Assembly: GCF_003704095.1 (NCBI RefSeq)
Contig: NW_020843655.1
Location: 1-64,000, forward strand
From: Pocillopora damicornis
Lineage: Eukaryota
Length of the DNA: 64,000 nt
Direction: 5' to 3'
Shown here: positions 12,701 through 23,200 of the stretch, one piece after another
Layout of the letters: every line of letters begins with the position of its first letter
Numbering within the stretch: the stretch's first letter is position 1
Notes under the pieces: generated by a model
Told to the model about the DNA's origin: nothing
The model's database searches: none
Seen by the model: only the letters and a program-made list of their open reading frames with translations
Program-made: the position numbers and the translations under genes

Positions 12701-14516
12701 ACAGAGTCGACGAGAAATAGTTTGTCCCTTCATTGATAGCGTGATCATTTTTAACTCGCGAATTGCGCGCATGCGCAAGAGCGAGTTATAGATATGATGT
12801 GGGGAATGGAATTCGCTCGCTCGCTCGCTCGCTCGATTGGTCGATTCCTGTAAACTTTTTTTAGATTTTAGGCTTTTGAGTGCATTTGATAGTTTTTGGC
12901 GAGCAATAAACAGACGAAATGGCGACCTTTGTTGCTAAGAATAGTGGTGGGGTGAAAAAGGAGCCAATGATAATCTTAAAAGAGTTTTTTTTTCGTTTTA
13001 GTTTCAACAAGCGGCGCCAGCGACTGGCAGGCATGCAAGGATTCACACTGAAATAACAGAACAACCTTCGTTTTTCATAAAATTGGAATTTACAATCCTT
13101 GAACTTGAAAACAATCCGAAGATTCATTGAAAATATCACTTACTGCTAAGAGCTCGGAGTTTACAGATGTTCACAGCTTTTTCTGTTATAGCGTGAGATT
13201 GAGGACAAAATTGATCATTGCGTTTCGTCGCGTGTGTTTTTCCTGTGTGAAGCAACAAAAGATGCCGGCGACTGACGAAATAACAAGTTAACACGAAAAT
13301 CAAATAACACCTAAACAAACAATTTTAGCTACTGATTTTCAGTGAATTTCTAAAGAACAATTTTCTTTTAAGTTTCAAGACAATTTGAAGATTCAACATA
13401 CATACAACGTACTAAAATGCGAAAGTTACACACCACAAAATTGATAAATAGGCCTGAAATGAAATTCTATCTTGTTATTGATTATACGTTGCCTAGCACG
13501 TGACTTAAATCTACCCAGGCGGAGATCCAAAATGACGGTGGCAGGCTTGGCATAGATATATCACTCAAAACTCGTTCCCGTTTGTCTCATTTGATAAAGA
13601 AGGAATCGTTAATGTTTTCATTAAGACAGTATTGCCTTGATTTTCTAATATTTACAACGAAAGACAGTAAATTTCACTTTTCACCCACATTTACATCCAA
13701 CCTTTTCTTTTGAACCAGAAACAAAAATGATAGACGTTTAAAACACATGACATCATCCACCTTGTAAAATGTAATAGCTGATCATTTCAATTGTAATGCC
13801 TTCTTATCCCAACGTTACTTTGTTTCTTTGCGACATTAGCGAACACTGAACTACTGCTCGTACTCTAGATATGACAATCAACCACAAAATTCCCTAAACC
13901 AGATAACATTGAACATAATCTAAAAAATCATGTGTCAATTCACGAGTTTGCTCACAGAGCACTTTGATTATTCTATTGAATAATCAGTGAGTACCGCCAC
14001 ATAAACAGTTCCTAACTAAAAGTGTCGATGAACAAGTTTTCCAAGTTTTGAAACTGTTCCAACTTATTGTATTTCTGTTTTTCAAGCTCGTAAATAAAAG
14101 AAAACTATTTTATGCTAGAGAAATTTGAAATTCATTTTAGTCCGGGGTTGCTTTACTTCGCTCTTTAATTGGTCCAGGAAAATTGCGCCACTTTTTCAAC
14201 CGATCAGATCCAAAACTAGAATCAATCAAGACTTGGTCCTCCTCGTTTTCCCGCGCTTTACTTCGAGTTCTTATTGGCTCTTAAAGATATTTCCCTTTCT
14301 TCCTATTGGTTTTTGTGACACAGCCGAGAAGCGCTCAAGTGCATTCGATCGACGGAAACTGGAAATGACATTTGACTCAGGGTTGGTGAATTGCGCACAA
14401 TGCCTAAGAACTTCATTTTATTTCTTTTATTTAGAATTGCTTCTAAAATGCCAAAAGGAACGACGAATCCTGCCAGCAAGGAAACTCAAGAAGACAACGA
14501 CAAGAAAGCATCATGA
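6797..14516 (+). CDS. RTN: Reticulon (RHD) ER-shaping protein, ~244 aa; exons 6797-6903, 8925-9155, 9817-9856, 10235-10333, 11243-11312, 12000-12046, 12578-12636, 14435-14516
   Basis: RHD motifs VKDILLWRDVKVTAIVF, FSVVSV, HPLKAYL, LRALFLVDDL, YVAQWFSGITL and AFTIPKIYDMYE. All intron phases are consistent (2,2,0,0,1,0,2) and the total is 735 nt. It ends KKAS*, a KKxx ER-retrieval type signal. Exon 1 is the least certain part. Confidence 0.9.
8197..8413 (+). mobile_element. piggyBac-like MITE (subfamily A) in reticulon intron 1
   Basis: Body taacatcagtatgcttattctccatactgttct...gtcactctcaggggtgaaagagctaa; absent from the duplicated copy near 17915. Confidence 0.7.
9930..10135 (-). mobile_element. 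piggyBac-like MITE (subfamily A) inside the GC-AG intron
   Basis: Reverse-complement match to 3725-3939; the equivalent copy in the pseudogene is at 18572-18785. Confidence 0.7.
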
Positions 14517-16496
14517 ATGAAATAATTCACTGAACGCTTTTGAAATTAGTAGGATAATGTTTTAAATATTAGGAATTGTTTTTTACATTTCTGGTTTTAT
14601 TTTCTTGTATTAATTCTTCCACTCTGACATTTTCCATCAAATTTATTTTTTCCTTGTATTTATCTAGTCGTTTATTTTTGTTTATTTATCATTTATATAG
14701 ATATCGGAATATTTTATTTGTTTTCATTGTTGGACTATTTAAAAGTTAACAAACTATTCGTTGACTCAGTTTCATTCCCGGGGCAGCTCTGTTTCTCGTA
14801 GTCAGCAGGGCTTGGAAAAGACATTGTTCAATGCTTTACATGCCCAGGCCTACATGGAGCGAATATGCACCAAACTTGTAGAAGCTGTTTGTCTTTAAAA
14901 GGTTTTATCTTAAAATACTTGCGTCCAAAACATTGAAACAGTTCTGCTGTTTTTTCCTCAAACTAAGGTCAAGAGCGCACTGATAAAACCTCAAAACTGT
15001 GGTCCTAACTTATACCTTTATTGAAGGGGAATGAAAACTAAGTTGAATAAATGATCTTGGATGAGCAACGAACACTAATGGCCTTTTGAGCAATCTTTCC
15101 TCGAGGAACTAATATTGACAAGAAGAAAAATGAGTTTTCTTTTTTAATCGGGAATACCGAAAAGTTGAAGACGTTGGATGGAACCAGCAAATGATTAATG
15201 TTTCCCCACGTAAAAATGTAAAATTATGTATGATTTCTGATGCATTTGTAGCTTTAATTCAAAGCGTTGTGAACCTATTTCAAGAAATCGACAGATTGAA
15301 TTAACCAAAAACTAAGCTTGCGAAAAATGATTTCTAAAGAGGTGTAATCACTAGCGTTAGCATGGTACTATGTGGTGACAAAAAATTATAAAACTAAATA
15401 ATGAACACACTGAAGTAGTGAGAAAGGAAATGAATAATTTGCCTCAGGACTTGCAATGAAATATTGTTTTAATTTCGCTTGAAAATATCAAATTTGAATC
15501 CAATGAAATTTTTGAATCAAAATAAAATTGTCGTTGAAAATGAAGTGCTGAATCATGTGATTTCTAATAGCCTGTTCCGGGCATTCAGTCAGTAAAAGGA
15601 AGCGCGATACATAGTGAATGGCGCGATATCAACTGAACGCCTGGAGCAGGCTCTTATCTGACTGTACCACGAGTTTTGTAAATACTTAGGGAACAATACA
15701 TTATGAACAAGATAAACTTTCCACCTATTGAGCGACTGTTGAATGAAAACTACAGATAAACCAGGTGTTGAAAAGGCTTTAACGATATGATCATAAGAAC
15801 AGCTAATACATATGAGCCTTTTCTCCCTGTTTTATTGAAATAAGAGACGAATCAGTTTCAATTTCAAGTAAGACGTTAATTACGAGTTCAGTCACTAACT
15901 GTACGTATCATTACAGTATAAACATCACGAGCTCAAATGCTTGATGGTATAGTTTAATAAAAGTTGTGCACGGTTTTTTTTTATCTATACAAATTTCAAT
16001 TAACGTGTTGATCCAATCGGTAATTAAACATATCATAACAGCATCAACCTTAACTGAGCTTAAATGCTTGATGGTATGGGCTTATCACATTTGTGCAGGA
16101 TTATTTTTGTCTGTAAAAATTTCAAATAACATGTTCATGGCACGTTCAATCATTGATTGCTCTTATCGTAGCAACATGAGCGTTAACGGACCTTAAAATC
16201 TTGAAGGTAATGTGAAGGTATGATGATATATAAGTACTGAGAGGCGCTCTCGAAGTAAAGCAATTCTTCATGATTTTCTATCAAGCTCCGCACCACGAGA
16301 AGCAGAGGGCAAAGAGACCTACCAAGAGCAAACCAAGTCGCATGTTTTCTCGTCAGCGGCCTCGTTTTCACGTTTGCCTCGCTTTCATGCCTGTAGAGGA
16401 ATACCGAAGACCGTCAAGCAACGCAGGCATACACACTTTCGACATCGTCGATAGAAGGATAGATATGAACCGAAACCTAGACTCGGCCTTCCGGCA

Positions 16497-19040
16497 ATGA
16501 TCCAGGTGACAGCTGCAGAGGTTGTTTTTCCATATTGTAGCGAAAATACAAACGCGATCCCAACAGCCGAGGGTAATTCGAGATAGTACCGACAGGACTT
16601 GAGGTAAGGATTTGTAATTTTTAGTTTCTGTGTGTTAAAAATTTTACAGGAAAACACTTCTGATGCGAGGAATATTACAGATCACGCTATCGTAATCTTG
16701 AGAAGCTTTTTTTTTTGCGATTAATTTCGGTTGGTTTTGACCAAAGTTGTGGATAATTTACATTGTTTTTCTATGGAAGCTCGATAGAGTCTCAGTAATA
16801 ATTTCTTTCCATGAGAATACTTGGCGTCATCATTGACTCAAGACCGCGCAGTTTCTCGGAGGAACATCTCAAAATAAAACACTTGTTGCCTTCAGAAGTT
16901 CACAGTGTACTCTTCGAAATCGAGTTTTATCATGGTAGCGTCATATTAAGTTTTACATATACTTGAGTATGATTAGTGATGAAAACGAAGGTTGACTTAC
17001 TATGAATTTTATTTGGAATGATCGTCAAGTTTTTCTAATTTTGACCATCAACGAAATTTTCAACTGATTCCGGATATAACTTCAAGTACTCAACAAAATG
17101 ATTTGCACCGCTAAATTTCGGTTTTAACGTAGTTTATCGTCTGGAGAAAATTTTTGCATAATAAGAAGTCTGATATTTCCATCTAGATGGTATTCGACAT
17201 AAATTTTATTAATTTTTTTTATGGGGTTCATGAGGTGTTGGATCCGACAATTCTAGTACATCGAAGTGCTTGGAAAAATTTGAAAGGGGAACAAGCAGAT
17301 TTAAAAACATACAGGCCAGTTGACGTCCAGAGTTTTTTTCTTTGTGTCTTTCTATTAATTAAGTACCTACGCTGACAGTGTTGTCTCGCCTGCATACTAA
17401 AACATGCAAATATTTGTTTATTTAATTAAGTATTGAATGAAAATATCTTGGTTTGGTTTATCCTGGAGGAAACCAATTTTGCACACGGAATCAGTCTGTC
17501 GTTGCTGTGATTAAAATAAGTTATGACGGTATGAAATCACTGAATCAGTGTAGATATTTGCTCTTTTTTTCCTTGAATTAAAATTCTAATTCTGTTAGTG
17601 GTAAACTCTTCAAAAGACGGAAAAATTGTAAAATTAAGAGCAACGATTGTTTTCAAATTGAGAAACTTTCAGTTTTTTATCCATGTTTAAGGTGGGTAGC
17701 CACTACGTTTTTCTTAGAAAATGGCTAAATTTGTCGCAATTGAGTTAGACTCAGCGAAAATGAAATGGTATGCTTTGACCGCCTTGAAAATGATCTAACC
17801 TATACATAAACTAATTTCAATATATTCAACAACACCCACATATGTTTTTCTGGTGTGCTCAGGTGTCACGAAAGCCTCCAGAGTGGTTGTAATGGACTCG
17901 ACGTTAACATGTTAACATGATACACTGTATGATTCACTGTATGATTCACTGGGGGACTACTTTTTTTTAAATGTACATCTTTTCGTATTTTGTTTAAAAT
18001 TGTAACCACCGCATTTAAATGGGACTGTCAAAGCGTTCATTTTCATGGACATTCTTCAATTTGAGACACAAAGCATTTCCTGTTGTCTCGCTGAAGGTCG
18101 AGTCATTATTAACAAGTCCTACATAAGAAAAACATAAGAGTCAAATGCTGTCACGCAAGCTATGTGGAAGAAAAACTTGAAACGGTCATAGAAATCTGTG
18201 AAAGGAAACAAAAACAGGGAAGAGAAAAACACGAGAATTTTCGCAGACAAAGTTGATCTAATTACGGGTTTCCTGCTAATTTACCATTCGCTTTTGAGCA
18301 ATTTTTACTCTTGTAAGACAACTTGGCTCTAAAAGCCTGAAAGCACGTCACTTAGTGTGTACAACATTCGCACACGTGCCTGCACCTGGTACCAAAACGA
18401 GTTTAGCAAAGACGACCATGTCTTTGCTAAAAGATTTATTATTTATTATTATTACAAGGACATCAATGTTTTCAAAGATAAGGCAAGTATACCTGGCACA
18501 ATTTGCAGGATAAAGTATTGCGTCTTAAGAAATCAAACTAATGATACATCTGCAGGCTAATTTTCGAGACTTTAACCCTTTAGCCCCCAAGATTGACTGG
18601 TTTCTAAATTCTCCTCACGGTATCACCCTTGAATCGAATGTAAAGGTCGTTAGAATAAAGGAAATGATCACCAGCTTAGGAAGCTCCTGATTGTCAAGCA
18701 AATTCTCCTTGTCAGTAACAAAGGAAATGTAAGGAGATCAGTGAGGAGAATATGAATACCAATAAGAGAGTAGAAATGTGTTGGTTATTACAATAAAACG
18801 CAGTTGCTTGGAGAGGGTGGAGATTGCAAAGTTACTAAATTTCAGTATCATGAAGTTAACTAACTTTTTCCAAATTTTCCCTCTAAAGGTGGATCTTGTC
18901 GGTAAGAAAGTTTCTGGGTTTGCTATCGCCATGACGGCAAAGCTAGGGGCACTTTTTTTAGTGGAAGATCTGCCAGATTCACTGAAGGTTTGTAGTCCTA
19001 ATTGTAGAACGAGTTTCGGGGGAGATGGGATGACAGCGTT
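16497..19040 (+). pseudogene. Partial tandem duplicate of the reticulon gene (exon 1 to exon 4 region), disabled
   Basis: Collinear similarity to ~6797-10400, introns included. The exon-1 copy (16497-16603) has an in-frame TAG at 16584, where the intact copy has TTG. The main RHD exon 2 is missing (sequence jumps near 18100-18145). Exon 3 has lost its acceptor. Exon 4 (18889-18987) is still open. Exons 5-8 are absent. Confidence 0.88.
18572..18785 (-). mobile_element. piggyBac-like MITE (subfamily A), duplicated along with the reticulon segment
   Basis: ttaaccctttagcccccaag terminus; body matches 9930-10135. Confidence 0.7.
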
Positions 19041-19094
19041 TAATGTCATTCACTACACGTATATGTTATTCAACGAATAGCAGTGGCATACTCG

Positions 19095-19225
19095 AAAAAA
19101 AAAACGAACTCCGAGTGCTCTCAATAGGAGTCGGACCTACGACCTTCCGATCAGTATTTCAGACACTCTACTATTGAGCTATAGGAGACTTGTGGCTCGC
19201 CTGGTCGTTAACTAGGTCCATCTCA
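19095..19225 (-). mobile_element. tRNA-derived SINE head / tRNA-like repeat
   Basis: The minus strand reads tagctcaatagtagag (A-box-like) ... ggtcgtaggtccgactcc (B-box-like), then a T run. The cloverleaf is degenerate. A related copy lies at 35180-35310. Confidence 0.65.
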
Positions 19226-20259
19226 TGGTGCTAGAAACTTGTTTTGGAACCCTGGCGGAGATCTACGAGGCAAGTGTTGGATGTGTTTCCGTTTTGTGGC
19301 ACAAAAAAAAATAATAATAATAAATAAATAAAAATAAAAACAAAGAGAGGAAATTAAATTCTAGGTTGTAGGGGCGATTAGATCAAAACACTTCCCCAAA
19401 TAGCGCCAAATGAACGCGGCGATTGAACAGGACTCGGAAACATCTGAACGATCGTGATCGTCCCGATCACCAAAGAAATGTATTCGATCGTCCCGAAATA
19501 TTTCATGACTGTGACGATTCAACTTTGAAGTAGAAACTAAGCGGAAATTCAACCATCAATAAGTACGAGGAGTTACGTGTAAAGGAGGTATCTTATGGTA
19601 TTTCAAGGTTTTTGTTTTGTTTTGATGTTTTTTTTTCGAAGTCTTACGAAGAAGTATCTTTAAATAGATAGGAAGAAACCCGAAGACAATTGATCAATTT
19701 AATTTTTAGGGGTCAGTACCACGGAAAAAAATTAAAGAACTTTTCTATTTTCGTTAGTGTTGCTGATTTGAACTAAGTATCATGAACAGCTAATCACTTC
19801 TTCGTCAAATAAAATAAGAAAGAAAACGTCTTGTTTCATTCTTTGCAGTCTTGCCAATTGCCCGGGGGAATGGTACCTAAGATGTTAAATATAAGACGAT
19901 GCGGATTGGCTGATCCATCGAACACACCCCATTTACGCAAAAGATTAATTTGATTAGGGTGGAGAGGGTGGGAAACATTTATACTTTTGAAAAATTTTCT
20001 TTAAGTTTGGAAGATTCCCGTATACTTTACTTTTCTCTAGGGCTTAAGAAATTTATTTCTAATAATAACAGTACCTTGAGAAAACCTTCGCTTTAAAATC
20101 TTTCATCGTGGGGATGACAAACCTACATCGCACCCCTCCCTAGTTAAATTTGAAAGTTCCTCGTTCGAAATGATAGCATCTGTTTGTCTTCAGTTCAGCT
20201 AATTTGCACGGAACTCCATCAAAGAAAATCTTATTTCCCTTCCATTTTTAAACAAAAAA

Positions 20260-23200
20260 ATGCCTCCTAAAAGAGGAAAGCCCAAAGCGGTCGCTGCTAC
20301 CGAAGTCATAAGCACCTCGCGCTTCAAAACATTGAAGGTGAATGAGCGGACCTCGATCAAAAACTTCGTGGAAAAACACAAGCTGAAATTTGCAACTGGG
20401 CGAGGATTCTATCAACTGACAAAGCCGGAGACGATTCAGTTCCACAAAGAGATTGTCGTGAGACGAAAATCGGACGACACTATGGCTTCTGGAGACGAGG
20501 TAAAATTAATTCATTACTTTGAAATAACTTCAGGTACTGATATGAGTTGCATCTTGGTAACGTTATTGCGGCGTTATTTTTATCCATTAACGAAGCAGAT
20601 GAATCGATTGAGCCAACGTTTATCTTCCTTTTGCACCTATAAACAGGATTTGATCGCCGTTCTTTTTGTATTATCAGTTACATATTGCAGCAAAAAAAAT
20701 TAGACCCGCTACCAAAATCAGTTTTGTTTTCTGCTGGAAGTTAATTTCTGAAAATGGAAACAAAGTTATAGTGCACAGCTGTTAAAATTTCCATAAACAA
20801 TTGTTTAATTCTTAAACGAGCCTTCGATTTTAAATTTATGTTAGCAGTGCTTGGGAATTGATTACCAGCTTGAGTTTTGAACCAGTTTCAGGACAAACAT
20901 ACTCTGAAACTTTCAACTTTTAATGCTGACAAAACTTTGATTGGTATGATCAACTTAGATTAAGTTGAATCTATGCTCCGAGTACAAGTTAGATAAGGTA
21001 TGTAAGAGAACATTTTCAAAGGCTCAAATGGAATTAGAAACCTTTGAAAAATTTATGAGTGCCTATTTATTGCCAAATTGGAAATGATCATCAAATTAAA
21101 TATATGCTTTGATAAAGGTATTAAACTATTGAAGTTTTTCATTCATATTTTTAGGTTCGTGAATTACTTGGGATTGGAAAGGAAACAGCAAAATTTAAAT
21201 TAGACAAGGATAAATTGGAGGATTTTGATGTGTTTGTGCAGTCAACCTCATACAACCGTGTCTTGATGCCAGATACAGAGTTCTTATATGACACAGGAGA
21301 AGGTGGAGTTGTCTTGTCAGAAGTGGAGGCAGCAAAACCAGCAGCAGCAATTTCTGCAGATGATGCCAAGGAGAAACCCAGCACAAGCCGAGGAGTGGGC
21401 AGAGGAAAGCGCAAAAAAGCAGAAGAGGTGTCAATTTTCATCACTGCATTTTGATTAAATATAAAACTATTGAAATTTTCATTAAGTTATTAACCCTTCG
21501 AACCCTGAATGACTAGCATCTAATTTCCCCTTACAATTTCACCCTTGAATCACTCATTAAGGTCTTGAGAATAATGGAAATGATCACCAACAAAGCTCTT
21601 GATTGTTAAACAAATTCTCCTTGAGTACAACTGAAGAAATGTATAGAAAACAGTATGGAGAACATGCATACTGATGTTAGGGTGTAAAGGGTAAAGTATG
21701 GCTGTAATAGCATAAAACAAGTTGCAGTTAGTCATTGTGGTAAATACACTTCTAATGATTGTTTCATGTTATCACCTCCCATGCCAATTGTGATATTTTA
21801 ATTGGCGTACATACTGGGAGTCTTCCTTGGGTGATGAGGTCAACTGAATATGATTGTGTAATCTCATGAACAATCCTGTACAGCTCTGATTGGCTTTTAT
21901 TTCACAGCTGTTAATAGCCCATTTTCATTAAGTGCTCCCTCTGTGGTCCATAGTTGCACAGCTCTTCCAGTCAGTTGTTGTTGTTTTTTTCCATATCAGC
22001 AGCCCTCATGCTTCTAAGATTGCTATTCCACTGTCCTTGTGGATGTTGTCAGTGTGAAGTCTCATGTGGGATTGCCTTTCTTATTTAGGCTTGATCCATA
22101 AAACTAAGCTTAGGAATTTGGTGGCAGTGGGAAGTAATTGCTCTCAGCAGTCAACCCAATCCCTGCTCCCCTAGTGCTTGTATATGACTTAATAAAGTGT
22201 AAAAAAATCTTCAATGATTTTCAGCCGTGAACTTTGAGTTATTGTGCATTTTTAGAAGCCAACAGTTGAGGTAAAGAAAGAAGATAAAGAATCATCACCA
22301 GCTAAGAAAGCAAAACCAGCAGCAGCAAGTGCAGAATCAGGAGGAGCTGATGTCAAAGAAATAGTATTCTCATTTGATACCACAGGATCAATGTACCCCT
22401 GCCTCACTCAGGTGACAAAGAACTACTTGTCTAGAGAGCTGTGTCTTGTAAAATTGTGGTTAAGTCCTAAATATTCAAACTTTATACAAGGTACCAAATT
22501 CTGGAATCTCATTGGCTAAGCTAAGCCGGTTAATGGTTTGCAATGTACAGTTTTTACTTGTTTTTGATGCCTTTCCCTCCTAAACTAATTTTTCTGAGAT
22601 CCAAATTGTAGCTTTATCTAAATATTACCTTAAGTTAACTTCTTTCTAAACTCCCCTATCATCTGTTCTTCATTTTGCCCCTTTTTTTTCTTTTTGAATT
22701 ACTTTTAACCCTTTAACTCCCAAGATCTGATTGTTAATTCTCTCCTCTAGCTGCTACACATTTCTTTGTAAATTGGTTACGGGAGTTTGGTGTTCCATCA
22801 AGATAATGTCTTGTGCCTGATAAGTTTGAATAATTTCACTACTTTTTGGGTGGATAGTGTATAAATACTATAGGGAGAAATTACATGTTAATCACTTCTG
22901 GGAATTCAAGGTTTAAATTGTACAGCTGGCAAACACATTCTTTTGCTCCAATTCATTCTTAACAGTCTCTAATGCTAAAAAATTGAGAAAAGAATTTCAG
23001 TCATACAAAAAAACCAAGAAACTGAAAAATACCCTTGGCTCTACCTTATATTCCTTGTTTACAATTTTATTTCCATAAAGGTCCTTGAATAAATAAGACA
23101 TGTTTGTCCAGTCAGTGATTCCAGAATTACTGAAAAATTTGTGGATGTCAAATTTTTGTTTTCTGGATATTTGCATGTTGGAAGTTTCATATGCTTTCCA

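Noticed and set aside
14125-14520. 131-aa ORF
   Set aside because: Mostly a CCAAT-rich repeat. The real coding part (14435-14516) is in another frame, as the last reticulon exon.
18778-19080. 100-aa ORF with reticulon similarity, as a second functional gene
   Set aside because: Only 33 codons are exon-derived. The upstream exons are deleted or carry a stop.
19140-19185. Possible tRNA gene on the minus strand (also 29914-29950 and 35180-35250)
   Set aside because: A- and B-box-like motifs are present, but the stems are broken and the copies share non-tRNA flanks or abut a gap. Better explained as SINE heads.
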